DNA of 64,000 bases from the human T2T-CHM13v2.0 reference genome, Homo sapiens. Positions 1 through 14,559 of this stretch are shown here, one piece after another; the stretch's first letter is position 1, and each line of letters starts with the position of its first letter. Where the stretch lies: NCBI RefSeq assembly GCF_009914755.1, contig NC_060928.1, one strand, 5' to 3'. The notes beneath the pieces are model-generated. The model saw nothing but the letters and a program-made list of their open reading frames with translations. It had not been told where the DNA came from and did not search any database. Position numbers and translations under genes: made by a program.

Positions 1-954
1 GGCTCTGTGATTTTGTGTTTAGATAATGATTGAAATCCATTAAACTATCCTTTTATGGTTGATATTCTGTCAGCTGAACATCCAGCAGATTCTTTTTATA
101 GAAATATGATTTGATCTGCAATGTCCTGGAACATGTTTTCCCAGCTATTTGGCTTCAAGTTTATGGTAATTACCAGGCATTATCTCACAATTTCTACTGC
201 TCCCAGGAACATTAAAATCCCACCACCCCTAGAAGCTTTTCTTGAGGATGAACCGTGGAAATCCTATGCCATTCCCTACAGGCTCTACTCAAGTGATAGG
301 GTTTGTTTTTGTTTTCTTTTAACTGTTTCTTGTATTAAGCCTTATTTTTCATATGTCTTATCCCTCCAAATCACTTAAAATTTCCTCAGGAGGAATAAGG
401 AAGAATTAACGTTTTGGGGCTCTCAGTACCAGCCTGGTCTCATTGCTTTGAATACATTTTTTCATGGCAAATATTAGTTATTATTGACATTTTATCTCCT
501 GAGATACCTACTTCAGTGCCCAATGAATAGATGCTTGTTAGTTATATAACTGAACAGTCATCAGAGTATTTTTTTCTTAAATAATTTCCATCTAAGTGAA
601 ACAATAGCTCTTTTATTTTTACTTTAAGTTGCCAATGTAACAATAAAAGTTCATTGTGAATCAAGATATGTAAGGAATTTGGTGGCATTTTTTTTTTAGA
701 ATTACAAAACGTCAATAGCTTTTTATTAGTGGTATAGTTTCTCTATGAAACACCCTGAACTATAGTAGAGGCTTGCTGAAGATATAGAAGATTCATTTGT
801 CCTTTCATAGCAGTTCCTTTGACCAATAGTTTCTGCTTAACATTAGTCACTCATTCTGCTTATTTTCTCACTGATTCTGCTAATGAGTCATAGATTATTT
901 TGCATCTAAATCTCAGAAGTGTAGATCAAAGTCCTTCATGTGTAATGAAATGAA

Positions 955-1112
955 ACTAATAACAGCAACCATTTATTGAGTGATTGTTATGTGTCAGGAA
1001 CTGAGTGTCCTACTTGTGTAACTGCATTTAATTATCGTAACTACCCATTAGGTTGATGCTATTATCATCATCATTTTAAGGATGAGTAAACTAACTCTTA
1101 GAGAAGTAAAGT
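955..1112 (-). mobile_element. MIR SINE fragment
   Basis: aataacagcaaccatttattgagt...cattttaaggatgagtaaact resembles the reverse complement of the MIR core and 3' end. Confidence 0.7.
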
Positions 1113-1289
1113 CAGACAATGCAAAGCCTAAACTTTTATCCATTTACATATACAATGAAACAACATAAGAATTGCAAGAGTGAAATATCTACTTTCCTAG
1201 TGAAGTTTATATGAAATTTGGGATACCTGTGGGGCAGCCATTATGATAGAAACAGAACTAGGAGAGTGGAAATGAGCTCTCTCTGGAAA

Positions 1290-1435
1290 TACTTTCATAA
1301 ACATCTCCTGAAACCCTACCACCAGGTTGGCAAATCATTGTTGTCTCCATCTTACATAGGGAATGGCTCAAAGTCACATAGTTAAGAAGTGGCAAAGACA
1401 GATCCATACTCAGGTCTTATAGATTCCAGGCCAAA
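1290..1435 (-). mobile_element. MIR SINE fragment
   Basis: ctcaaagtcacatagttaagaagtggcaaag resembles the MIR core, reverse orientation. Confidence 0.55.
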
Positions 1436-2144
1436 ACCCATCCATTCCCCACCACCACCATTTAACCCAGTTTCACAGGCGTGGTGGCAGCGATGGCAAA
1501 ATTTGTCCTTCATAGTGTCACATCCATGGCTTCCTAAAGGCTCACATTACCCTCCTACAGACAGCATGGCTGTCTCCAACATGTCTCAACCAAAGTAACT
1601 ACTGATCTCTATTGTGATGTAAAATAAAACATCCCTTATTAGTGCATTTTCTTTTGTGCCCTGTTTTTCATCCTGGATATCAACAAAAGGCCAATCAAAC
1701 CAGTAAAAATGTTTAAAATTCTGTATATAACTTTTAGTCCATTTGATGCTCTATATACTTACAAGCACATTTTATAAAATTAGCTGCTTGAAAATCATGT
1801 AGATATATATATTGTTTCAACTTAATTATTCTGTGCAATATAGCACTCACCACAGCCAATTGTTTAAAGTATCCCAATGGCCTTCCAAACTCTCCTATAT
1901 GCTCTACAAAGCATAGTTGTTCTGAGCCCCATCTGCACAGCACAGATAGCCGTGTTCCTCAAGTATTCTATGTGCTCCTCTCTATGCCCCAACCTCTCAT
2001 GCAGTTAGACTGGGGACATGCAACCAGTCTGGGTCATTCAACTATGTATGTGTTAAATCATTAAACCTCACAATAAGGTAGGTATGCTGTGATTTCTTGG
2101 ATTCTGTATTCGTCTGTGAGGCATCCATTCAAAACAGGGCCAGC

Positions 2145-2705
2145 TTTATTAAACTACATTTTCTTAATTTCTATAGTTCTTGATGCTCTAGAATCTGGTG
2201 GCCTTACAGACCCAGAAAGAGACTATCTTCCCTAGAGCTGGCTAATTCTGAGAGTCGGCGAAGGTCTTAGCTGAGAGCACAGCTCTCACGTACAAACCAA
2301 CCAATCCTGAATCTACAGCCCCAAACTCCTTATCTAACTCTCACACAACAAACCAATATTTCCCTTGCCCTAAATCTTCCCAGTTACCAGGCAACTAGAG
2401 ATCACCCTTATAGCCCAAAGTCCTCTGGAATCATTCAAACTGGCCAATCCTAAACTGTTTACTCTGCTCTGCCTTCCTTTTCGCACAGAAACCTCAAGAA
2501 AGGCTCTGGCCTAGACTTGCCCCTTGTTCCTGTCTTCTGGCTCTTGACTGACACTGGTGCTTTCCCCCTGTGGTCCTGCATGGTGTGTGGTGACTACCTC
2601 ATTGGGCCCTGTGAGTAGAATAAATTCCTTTCTAAGCTTTGTTCTTGTTTTCTCTTGCGGCTGCACTAACTTTACCATACCCCAGCCAAAATATACATTC
2701 TTAGA
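2145..2705 (+). mobile_element. ERVL solo LTR, MER74/MER54-like
   Basis: tcttgatgctctagaatctgg...caaaccaaccaatcc...attcaaactggccaatcctaaac...ctgtgagta follows the remembered MER74 consensus order. Confidence 0.75.
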
Positions 2706-2830
2706 AGAGTAGGTACTATTTTTAACCTCATTTTAGAGATGATGAAACTAAAACACAGATATAATACTTTAAACAATTTATCCAAGATAACATGAGAAGC
2801 CAAGATTCTAACCCAGGCAAGCCAGCTCAA
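2706..2830 (-). mobile_element. MIR fragment
   Basis: gtaggtactatt...cattttagagatgatgaaact MIR core. Confidence 0.6.
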
Positions 2831-5800
2831 GATTGTAATAAAAACAGGGCTTTGTCTTCTCCATCCTCCACACATCTGGAATAGCACTTAGCTTTACGGT
2901 TTTTCTTTGCATTTAATTGATGCACTGCAAGACTACTTGTGTAGATTTTCAGTGTCGTCAAAAAGTAACAGCCACAGATTTTGGTAATTGAATTCGTGGT
3001 CAGCTCTGCTTTGCTAGCACAAATCCTAGTTTTATTTTAGATTTTACCTTATTTCTAGCCTTTAGATTTCTAGATACCTTTCTATTTCATTGTCTTCCTG
3101 GTCTTCTAGTCACCAACATCCCTTAGTATTCTTGCCCAGCTCTGACACAATTCTAATCCTATCTTTTCTGATGTATATAGAAGGAGAATGAGGGAGATTA
3201 TTTATAAAGTATATTCACAAAGACAGGTAAAGGGACATTTGGGAGGATGAGAGCTGTCCTTTTTCTCTAGGCTACACCATATTTACACAATTGCTACACC
3301 AAGGCATCTGTATTTTTGCCATCATCATCAAAGCTCCCAGGATTTCTTCTACATGCAAGAAAGCTAATCTAGCATGATCTAATATAAAACCAAATATGAC
3401 AGTCCAAAACTTTTGTAAAGGAGAAACTAGGGCAACAGTGATTAGCAGTGTATTAGGTTAGTTCCCCCAGAGAAACAAATCTCACTATGATCTGAAGATT
3501 TCTAAACAGCCCTTTGAGCTTCATGAGCAAACCTTATACTAACTCATTCTTACAAGGACCTTTTAGAAGACCAGAACACTTCTATAGAATCCTTAAACAA
3601 GAATTAATATGTTTTCCCCAGATTAACACCCAAGAGTCAGAAAAAAAATTTCTGGCTAACTGATGCATAATTGTTTATGGACATCAGCTTGCCTTGAGTA
3701 TATTCAGCTTTAATGTTAATAGGAAAAAATGTATTTCTAATAAATATTTGCTGCCACAAGCAGAAAGATAAGAAAGTCTGTTAGGGAAAACTGCCAATGT
3801 CCTAGTATCATGTTTCCAAGAAGGGGCTTCTGGAATAACACTTCCTCTAGAGTCCTCACATATCTTCTGTGTTTTTTAAATGAGGAGGAGAGACACAGGT
3901 AATTGGGGAGATTAAAACAAGACACTGGAAGTATGGCTCAGCCCCTTTATAGTCACTAAGATATGTAGAGAATAGGGGTCTTTTATGAGGGCAACAGGCC
4001 CTGGTGACAAATATTTTGAGGCCTCCAAGAAAGGGTGAACTAACAATATCTTTACAGAGGTCTGTATTCAGATCCACACTTCTTCCAGACCACAAATCCC
4101 AATTGTTTGTAGTGAATTCCCCTCTTCTCTCATTGCCGCTGGCCTTCTCTTCTAGATCCTAAACTTAATGTAGTAAATATACGTGGGTCAAGGCTCAAAC
4201 TTCCTTCTTGGAGCACCTTATCCCCCTGTCTCCTCTACTAGGGTTCAGTAGAGATGAGGCAGTAACGATCTAAGTTGGCCTTCTTTACGTTGTTCTGATG
4301 GATTATCCCAAAGCATAAGCTTAAGGAAAAACAGAAACAATTCAATTTTCCACTACTTAGGAAGCATCTAAGCTCACACACAAATCCAATGTTAATAGCT
4401 GATCATTTAATCCTGAACTATCTGACTCTTGACAATTTCTCAACCAGTTCCAAACTCAGAGAGGATTTACGGGGTCAGGGTAATGATCCTACACCTGTTC
4501 AAACCTCAACAAAGTCATGTCAAAAGTAATCTAGAAAGCTATGTATGTAGTTTTTAACACCTACCTAACAAGGTAGATGCTAAGGAAAAAAACAAAATTC
4601 ATCACACCCAAGGTTCCCTACATCTTCCCACGTCCAAAGTTTATTTCCTAATAATATCAGGTAGAGTTATATGCCTTTACGCTGAATTTTACTTCATGGT
4701 TGAGCCCACAGAATCTTAGAACTGAAAATAACTTTATGGAAGACTGAATAGGTCACAAAGCTAGCTATTGACAGAGCTAAAACTGGAACTCTAGTCTTCA
4801 CATTCCCAGCTGGGTTCTCCTTCCATTATAGGAGACTCCCTCCTAATGCTTTTTGGTAAGCTAATTCTCTGTGTGTCTTCATTCCTTTTTAACATATGAA
4901 AGGGATATTTTGTGGTAAAAATAAATAGTTTCATAACTATAAAGCATCAGAATTTGAAGGAAATTTAGAGAAAAGATGTCAGCCCTTCTGTCATTTTATT
5001 GATGAGGCTGTGGAGGGTCATAGATAACTCAGCTAGACTATAATACTCCTGGATCTTAGCTCATTACACTTTCCTTCACAAAAGAAAAAAATGCCCATTC
5101 TAATCATTGCAAGCCAAAACTAATGTTGTATTTCTTTCTGATTGACAAGTTGCAGAGAAAATAATAGGTATTTAACCTCCTAAATAAAAGCATAAGCAGT
5201 AGATTTCTATAAGTATCATGCAACTCTCTACAGAGACCATTTTATTGACTGATTTAAATTAGCTTCTTCCTAAAACTTACCCATCTACCTTTTTGGTAAT
5301 ATAATTGCCCATTCTAACATAGACAACATTTAAAACACCAACCCAATTTCTTCGGTGGAAAACAATTCAATGATGAATGCTGATGAAAACCATTAGTTGT
5401 GCAAAACCATACTAAGTTGTTTCAGTAACAAGACAGGGACTGTTTAATGAAGCATGTCTCAACAATAAATAACAACAATAAAGAGAAATTTACTGCTTTG
5501 TGCTATATTGGACATTCATCATATACCCCAGAGCACTGGAAATTAAAATGGAAAATATCTGTTAATATATAAGTAAAAAGATAGAAAATATTTAAATAAG
5601 GTCAAACTACATTTTGATTATAATTTTTTAAAACAGGCTTATTTCTAATACATATATGTAAACTGAATAAGTGCTACATTTATTATACATTCGTTTGGTG
5701 TTTCTGCTGAATAATAATGTGAACACTGAGACTCCTACATAGTTGTAACACTTTAGAAAGGATTTACTCCAGAGACCATGATTTATTATTTTCACAGAAA

Positions 5801-5871
5801 ATGCTGGGATATATGAAGTACTGACCTCCCTAAGAACTGCATCAGTGTGTGTGTTCTAGGCTTGAGGGCTC

Positions 5872-6281
5872 TGATATGGTCTGAATGTTTGTCTCCCCAC
5901 AAAATTTGTATGGCAAAATCCTAATCCCCAAGGTGATGACATTAGGAGGTGGGGCCTTTGGGAGGTAATTAGGTCATGGGGGCATTAGGAGGTGGGGCCT
6001 TTGGGAGGTAATTAGGTCATGGGGGCAAAGTCCTCATGAATGGGATGAATGCCTTTATTGATGGGACCTCGGAAAGCTAGCTAGCTCCTTTTCCACCATG
6101 GGAGGATACAGTGAGACGGTGCCTTCTATGAACGTGGAAATTGGCACTCACCAGACACCAATCTACCAATACTTTGATCTTGCCCTTCCCAGCCTCCAGG
6201 ACATGAGAAATAAGATTCTGTTATTTATAATCTATACAATTTATGACATTTTTGTTACAGCAGCTCTAATAGACTAAGACT
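5872..6281 (+). mobile_element. MaLR solo LTR (MLT1A0-like) with an internal 43-bp tandem duplication
   Basis: Starts tgatatggtctgaatgtttgt, contains ttaggaggtggggcctttgggaggt, ends gcagctctaatagactaagac. Confidence 0.85.
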
Positions 6282-6619
6282 CCATCTTTAGAAGAAAACA
6301 CTGTAAGAACTCATAATTTATAGTAAGACTGCCACAGAGGAACACGGGTCAATTTCTAAGAGAAGAATCCCAGATGGGACCAATCATTAATGCTCCTTCT
6401 TCCCCTCTAAAGTATAAGCCACTCACCTAGACAGAAAGTTCCTTGTGAGCAAGGATAGCATAGAGTTAACCATTGTGCACCCACCACAACCAGGACAAAG
6501 CTTTTCCTTTATATCTGCACCCTCTCTTCCCGCCCTCTGATCTTGTTTTTCTCTGATCAGCTTTCTGCTGACTCCCTTTTTCCACTTCTATTTTCTAGCT
6601 CTTCCAAATTTTCTCTTAA

Positions 6620-6945
6620 AATAAGCTCTGGAAAGCAAGGGTCTGTGTCTTTTTGTTCTTTGTGTTTACCCACAGTGTTCAACACTAAAAAAGTTCTCAA
6701 ATATTTGCTGAATTACTTATTGAATATATTCTCTTGACCTGCAAAGTAAAAGGCAATAGGCCCCTTGAACTGTGGTTAATGATATCTAAGACTTTGGTGT
6801 TAGGCAGAACTGGGTGTGAATCCTGGCCCTACGGCTTGTTTATTTATTTATTTGTCTTTTTTGTTTACAATTTTATTTCTGATACTTATTGCAGTGCCTG
6901 ACACATAGTTTTTCAATGTATTTAGTTAAGAAATGAATAAATTAT
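6620..6945 (+). mobile_element. L2 3'-end and MIR fragments
   Basis: taagctctggaaagcaaggg...ctcaaatatttgctgaat; gtggttaatga...gtgaatcctggc; cagtgcctgacacatagt. Confidence 0.55.
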
Positions 6946-7231
6946 TTCACTTTGCACAATTAATAAGCAGTAAGAGTTCATGTCTTCTAGCACAGTGGTT
7001 TCTGGCACATTCCTCACTTCCCATCTCAGATGTGTGATACCACACTTCTGGAATCTTTGTAGGATATCCTAGAAATTCATTTCCAAGCCCCAAACAACCC
7101 ATCCTCAAGACATTAGGACATTTGATGCTTCCACTCATCCCATGTATTCAACCTGACTATGCACTACACTGGCCCTATGGCTTATTAAATGTGTGATCTA
7201 GCTAAGTTGCTTAACCTTTCTATAGAGATAT

Positions 7232-7840
7232 AGGGTGTCTATTTATCTAAACTGAAAATGTGTTTCCAAGAATTCTTCCCCTGGTATGGTCTAGATTAGT
7301 GTCAGTTAAGGGGAAATTTTTACAAGATTTGAATGCAGAATCAAAGTGGTAGTCATTTTTATGCTGTAAACTTTGATACAGGGCAAATACTGCTGCAGCC
7401 CATGAACACTGTTACTGACCTGCTGGTTCATCTTTTGGTGCAGGACAGCAGCCAGGTCTCCAAGTCATCAGGCTCCTACTTCAGCAAGTCAAACCTGAGT
7501 TAGGTGCACATGCAGCTATGTAGTGAAGGATGCCTGCTTCTACTGCAGATTACCTGCATCACAGAGGTTCAGGGCAGACAGATATTGATTCCAGTCTGTC
7601 CCCATGGTCTCCAGTGTGTCCTCAAAGTCAAGTCTGTCCTTGCCAATCACCACTTTATGTCCATCTTTCCTATCTTATTGCCTTCTCTGCTGACAGCAGG
7701 CCCAACATCAAATACAAAAGCAACAGCCTTACACGGACTGTTTTACTGGCTCCCATAAATGGGTAAGGTCTAACCCCTGTAATAAGTCCACGAGTCTCTA
7801 TCACTCTGATTCTCCTTCTCTGAGCTAATCTAAATGATTC
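7232..7840 (-). mobile_element. ERVL LTR41-like solo LTR carrying an APOA4-like segment
   Basis: Minus strand reads acaggggttagaccttacccatttatgggagccagtaaaacagtccgtgtaaggctgttg...gggaagaattcttggaaacaca, matching the LTR41 layout. Confidence 0.7.
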
Positions 7841-10779
7841 CCTTTCCAAATGTCAATTTTATAATATAATATATATTTTAAAAATAGTACATACCATTAT
7901 TTTCTCAAAGTTATGATGATGAGTTAATTCATGTGCATCATTTGTGTGGTGCCTGGCACATAACTTTTCAATAAATAATAATTTATTACATTAAAACTTA
8001 TTTTATTAAAAAAATAAAAACTGTCTCCTGGGATCGATAAATTCATCTGATATATGTATACATAATAGGAACTGCCCATATATTCATCATTCATTAAGAG
8101 TTTACCTCATCATTACTATTTTGTTATCCAAAGTGCATAATGGGAAGACTGTTTATTTGATTTATAACCTGTTCATTATTCAAAGAAAACCTGGATTTAG
8201 CTTTCCTATGTATGTTGTATGAGTATTTGCTTTGTTTTGTGTGTGTGTTTGAGGGGTACATAACTAAAATTAAACAATATCTAAAGAACTATATGTTCTG
8301 ATGAAAATTAGTATAAATAAATTCCATACCCCAAATTCTCTAAGAATAATCTCCTGCAAATGCTACCATATTGAATATTTTCTGCTACTTGCAGCAGTTC
8401 AGTTGGACTGATATGATAGCTATCAATCCAAATGTTTGATAAAAATAGTATAAGAGGAGTAGAAGCAATAAGGATAATTAATATCTTGATGCTCCCAACA
8501 GGATAAAGTTCTTAAATAAGTGACATACCTTCCTAGAGAAACACAATGCTTTAGACAACTAGACAGGCCTAAAATAGAGTACATTTTGGCTAAGCTGTAT
8601 CTTTTGTGAACTCAATATACAAATACAGCATGATAATGGCTGATGGATACTTTTTGTGGGATATAAAAAGTATAAAAGACTTGTAGTGTCCAGAGACCAC
8701 AATCATGTCTTCTCTTGTCCTTTGCTGCAAGACGGTAGGCACAATATGAATATTTATTTACAAGGTTAATAAGAATTCGAGGAATAAACATGAACATCCA
8801 CACATAAGATTATAAAGCTGCCTAAATGGCCCTTTTGTTGTAATGCTGGAAAATCTTTGGCATATTTAATCCACCTTTATAAAATTGCATTTTTAAGACA
8901 TATTCAAGTGTCTGTCTATTTCCACCTAGGACTTAGATTAGTTGTCTTTAGAATTACCGTGGAGTTTTGGTTGTAGTGTTATTTAAGAGATTGTAGTCTT
9001 GCAGTCATACTTAATTGAAATATGCACTCTACCCTTAGTTTGATAGAACTGTCAAGTATTTTTATTTAAAAAATTTTTCATGTTACAAAAGTCAAATGTG
9101 AAAATACATCAAAATGACATAATATAATTTAATAGAAAAAGGGACTTCATATTTTATTTATTCTTTTTTCTAAGAATTCCACAAACTTATAAATACTGCC
9201 TAACTTTCATAAATATTTTATACTTTCAGATGTCACATTTTAAGATAAAACCCCAATGAAACCTATTATTTTGTTACCAATTTAGTAGAGTAATCAGCCA
9301 TGACCTATGTGGTAAAAAATTACATTAGGACACAGAGAAACTCTGGTGCACACATATTCCATCTCCTCTGAGGCTATATATTCTCCTTAATATGAAACAT
9401 TCTGTCTTATCGTGATCCATTATATTGACCCATAGTACCAAGGTACCAAGCTCTTTACCTTACTGAGTACATGTCTATGTGTCTATTGTTTGATTACCGT
9501 ATTTGTTCACTGGTTATCAGAAGCAGGAAAATGTCTTCAAGTGCTCAAAAACTCAGTCTCACTGCTTAGTAAGAGGTTCCAAAACATCAAATCAGAAGGC
9601 ACAGCATTTAGAAAGGTGAAGAATGTATAATCAAAGATTGTGTCTTTCCCAACAAGACACAAAATTAGTGTTCTCTCCCTAACATCATCTTCCCTTGTCC
9701 AACTTTCCTCAATTAGCAGACTTAAGCTTGTCTGTCAGAGTAGAAAAATGAGGCCACAGCCATCCATTTTTTTCTGTTTTCTTTATTTATCCTTCTAGCA
9801 TCTCCCTGAGCATTCTGTCCTCCAGTATATTTGGGGGGCAGTTTAACACTTATGCTCCAGTTTTAGGTCAAACTTGGTAACTTGTTTCCATCAAGTCTCC
9901 TCAAGATAGCTTCTGACTATTTTGAGAATTGCCTTCCTCATTATATAGACTTCTTTCAAAGCCAATCAGAAATTCAATGTGTAAAAATTAAACTAAGGAA
10001 ATGCTTCAACATTTCAAAAGAAATACTTGGTTAACACTTGTTCTAAAAATAACAAAAGAGATCCAATTTGGATAGTCGCTTATAAAGTTTGTTGGTTTGT
10101 TATCCATCCAGCAGATATGCATGGCTGTAAATGGTCAGAATTTTATGAGTGTCTTTTGAATCAGCCTTGTTGTTTAATCACTTGCAAATGTGCTAAGAGG
10201 CTGGTGTCATTCTACAGGTAGCCAGTGACATAAAGTCATGTGGGTTTAAAGAAAGAATACAAACATCCTTCTGATTGCACTTCATTACTAGCCTTTTTCT
10301 GATTTTAAAAAGAGACTATTAAAAAAGTTTATTCTCACAAATGCCTTGGGACGTGAAAACATTTGAAAGAACTTCAAATCTCATATTATAGTGTGATCAA
10401 TATGTACTAAAAACCCACAACAGAAGAAAATAAGTTTGTTATCAACTTCTTTTGTTTTCAACTTCTTACTGAAAGTATGGCCTAGATAGTTCCCTGAATA
10501 ATGCACCACTGAAAGTCTTCTTTAGCCGGAACTCTTAGATAATTTAGGAGACAAAAATGGGACAAGGAATAAAAAAGAGGTTTGATTATTCTGACTGGCT
10601 ATATGTTTTGTACAATACAATTGTATATTTACAATAAATAACCATTAGCTATGTCAGCCTGGAGAGCTGCTTATCATACTGCTTCATAAACATTCCACTG
10701 CTTCACAAAGGTTTGGTACACATCGGAAAAAAATGGATATTACTTAGAAAGTTATAGATAGCACAGTAAGATTTTATAG

Positions 10780-11088
<309 letters not shown>

Positions 11089-11576
11089 CAGAAACCATTT
11101 TTTTTTTAACTATTATTGTTTTAAAACACGCTCTATATCCTTACTTTCATAGAATCTAAGGTCTATTTATCCAAACCTCTAAATCTAATATTTTCTATAA
11201 CATTATTTGCAATTAGTCTGGCGTCTATTTAAACACTTTTAGAGAAAAAGTTGTCTGCGATGATCCTATCCAGTCATCTTATGACAATTACAATTAATAA
11301 GTCCTTCTTCGGAAAACTTATATGTGGGCATCTTATGGATGGGGTGAAAATGAGTATAGAATTCTGCTTCCTAGAAGTATATTTTCCTCTATATCATTAT
11401 ATGCAAGCAAAAATACACTCACCATTTTTCTTCCCTTTGGAATTACGCAAGAAGAACTATAAGCCCCAAAATTTAGTTAACTGAAGATAAGTAACATGTT
11501 CTCAACTCAATATACCTCAGACTAAATATGGCCAGTTCTTCTTACTGCCCTTCACACTAACTTCTACTCATTTGTT

Positions 11577-11853
11577 GTCTCAGTCTGTTTGTGTTTCTTT
11601 AACAAAATACGTGAGACTGGGCAGTATTTTCTACAGTTCTAGAAGTTGGGAAGTCCAAAATTATGGTGTTGGCATTTGGTGTCTGGTGAGGTCCTTCTTG
11701 CCATGTCCTCACCTAAGGCAGAAGAGCAAAAAGTGAGGGTGACAGTTCCCTGGTACCTCTTTTATAAAGGCACTCATCCCATCCCTAAGGGCTCCACCAT
11801 GGCAAGTTAAGTTTCAACATACAAATCTTGGGAGATACGTTCAGACCATAGCA
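11577..11853 (-). mobile_element. MaLR LTR (MST/MLT1A-like), internally deleted
   Basis: tgtctcagtctgtttgtgtt...gggaagtccaa...ttcagaccatagca termini. Confidence 0.75.
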
Positions 11854-11919
11854 TCTGCCTGATCACCTTTCCCTTTCCCATCAATATTCACTTCCACCTC
11901 TTCAGAAAATCCCTCTTAC

Positions 11920-12062
11920 TTACTAATGACACTAGGCAGGTTACTTAACCACTCCAATCATCAGTCTTTTCAGTTGCAAAATGGGGATAATGCTACTTAA
12001 CTCAGAATTGAAGATTAAAACGCAGTGACCAGTCTATAGCACTCAATAAATGGTGGTTATTA
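11920..12062 (+). mobile_element. MIR fragment
   Basis: ggcaggttacttaacc...aaaatggggataat...ctcaataaatggtggttatt. Confidence 0.65.
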
Positions 12063-12348
12063 CATAAATCCAGCACATAAAATAGGCAATGTATTTTAAA
12101 TCCAATCATATTTTTAAAAATGTATCTCATAGACAGGCCACTAGCTACCATTTTGGAGTGAAGATGATTATTAGAGGAAGAGCTAGAAAACTGAGAAAGA
12201 GTTCACTCATTGCTAATTTATCTTAAAGAGGAAATGAATATCTGTGAGTTTGAAACAATATCTCTAAATGAGAATAATTAGGAAAATATCAATTTTATCC
12301 ATTTGTAAACCCTTTAAGGGGATGATTCTTGGAAGAAATCAGTATTAT

Positions 12349-13064
12349 TGATACCATGGTCTGTTTCTACCCATATTTCTGACATCAAATGCATAGTTTT
12401 GTTTTGTTTTGTTTTTCCCATACCAACAACTAATTCTCTAACTCTCCAGACACCAACTGGGTATCCAATGATTCCATTTATTTTTAGCACTAACTAACCA
12501 GAGTTAATACAGACCCTACTCAGTCCCACAAGACTACCCTCACTTCAGATACCAATGCAAGTCCTGAGTCTCCTATAGTTCTGTTCAATGGACTATAAAT
12601 CAAGAGTTTCCATGACCCCCTCCTCAGGCTCAATAATTTACTTGAACAGCTCTAAGCCAGAATCTCCTTAAATACCATTGTTTAGGAGTTTTATGGAGAT
12701 TCCCCTATGAATACATGAGATTCCCCTATGAATACATGAGATTGACTGAGTTATTAACCATTTGTGATTAATTCAATCTCCAGCCTTTCTCCTCTCTCCA
12801 GGGGTCAGGGGCTGGGCTCAAAGTTCCAACCCTTTAATCATATGGTTGTTTCGTCTGGCAACCAGCTCCCATCCTGAAGCTATCTAGGGACCCACCACAG
12901 GTCGTCTTATTAGCATAAACTCAGGTATGTGACAGGAGCTTATTATGAATAAGAAACTACTCTTACTCCCATCACTAGGGAAATTCCAAGGCTTTTAGAA
13001 GTTCTATGCCAGAAACTAGGGATAAAACCCAAATATATATTTCTTAATATATCAAAATATCACA
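12349..13064 (-). mobile_element. MER21-family LTR with a 21-bp tandem duplication
   Basis: ttctgacatcaaatg...cagtcccacaagact...aaagttccaaccct...gggaaattccaagg...aatatcaca. Confidence 0.8.
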
Positions 13065-14159
13065 GTTGAATCAAGTTCCACATGCTATTCTAATCTTCTT
13101 TGACAAAGTGAAAAATCAGATAAAAGTAATGATGAACACACCTTTAATTCTGATCACAGAGCATACTTATCCACAAAAGGTAAAATCTACCTATCAAACA
13201 ACAATTATAGGGATATAAACTTCACTAAAACTACATCCAGAGGGTGGTTGATACTTAACCAGGAGACACATAACCATGTTCCATAGATTCTAGTCATGTA
13301 GGAGTTAGAATTGGTTCTAGTGTAATTTTATGATTTTATCCATGTGTCTTGCATATGCATTTTTGGAATCATACCTGATTTCATATTCCCTTCTGCACAC
13401 TAGCACCTTATATATTAGAATGAAGAATGTGGTAAAAAGCAAGGATGCATTTTATTTATACTAAGGGGTCTCAAGTTAAAAATATATGATACCTTTCCAA
13501 ATTGGAAGGAAAAAAAACAGCAATGCTTGTTTTTTCCAATCATCAAAACTTCAGGCCACATGTATCTAAAGAGCACAAGAAGTGCAATTGAAGGTATGTA
13601 ACATAAAATTCCTTTTTGTGTTTTTCCATATTGGAATTAATAAGTAAATCAAAAGTCAAAATTTCCATTCCTAAAACTAAAGGAACATTCTTGTTTGCCA
13701 AGGTTTCATTTTGTAATTATCTATTCACAAACAGATCTGCTGTTGCTAAGATGGCAAGCTATTCCTATGGGTCAGAAATATTCTTGCCTTCCAAGATGCT
13801 GGTTTTAAGGGTGCAGTGCAAATACAGAGCTGCATTAGCAAAGCTCGATCTTATAGAAGGGACTTCATAAAAAAGAAAAGCAAATACTCATTATTGTCAA
13901 ATCTGCAAGAAATATGTTCACCAAAACAAACAGCAAAAAGATAATACATAATATTAAATTAGAAACATTAACCCAAAAACTCTTCCCCATGTACCATATT
14001 CGTATAGAAAAAAATCTTCATTGCTCCTATGAGTGAAAGTAAATAGGACAGTCATGGACTCAAAATAAACAGAAGCATTCATGAATGAAACAAAATGTGT
14101 TAAAAAGCTGAGTAATATGCCAACGGCAAAGAATACATAAATGTGTAGAATTACCAATC

Positions 14160-14320
14160 ATTCAAGCTGTTCAAAAATGGAAAGTTCTACCTAAAGTAGT
14201 GCATATCTATCACTATATGAGCTCAAGTAGTTCTCCTAGTGGATGTGGCAAAGGGAATCCTTACACTTGAAAATTTGATGAGGGGATTAAAAGGCCCTTC
14301 CAATACTGAAGAGGTGATCC
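14160..14320 (+). mobile_element. L3/CR1 3' fragment
   Basis: ggcccttccaatactgaaga resembles the CR1 3' terminus; highly decayed. Confidence 0.4.
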
Positions 14321-14559
14321 TACTAGAACCTAAATTACTACTCCAAACCTAACCACTGCTTTTCAAATCACGAATGGATGTATTTTGTGGCTTATTCTAA
14401 TTGCATGCTAAATAAATTCCATAGGTCATTTCTAATAATAGCTTGAAAGCATATTTTTTGTTAAGCCATTGAAAAATCATTTTAAAATGGAAAAATAGTA
14501 CTTCTTTAAAATCCCATGTAGTATAAGAAAAGATATATAACCTTTGTAGAGAGGGAGGC

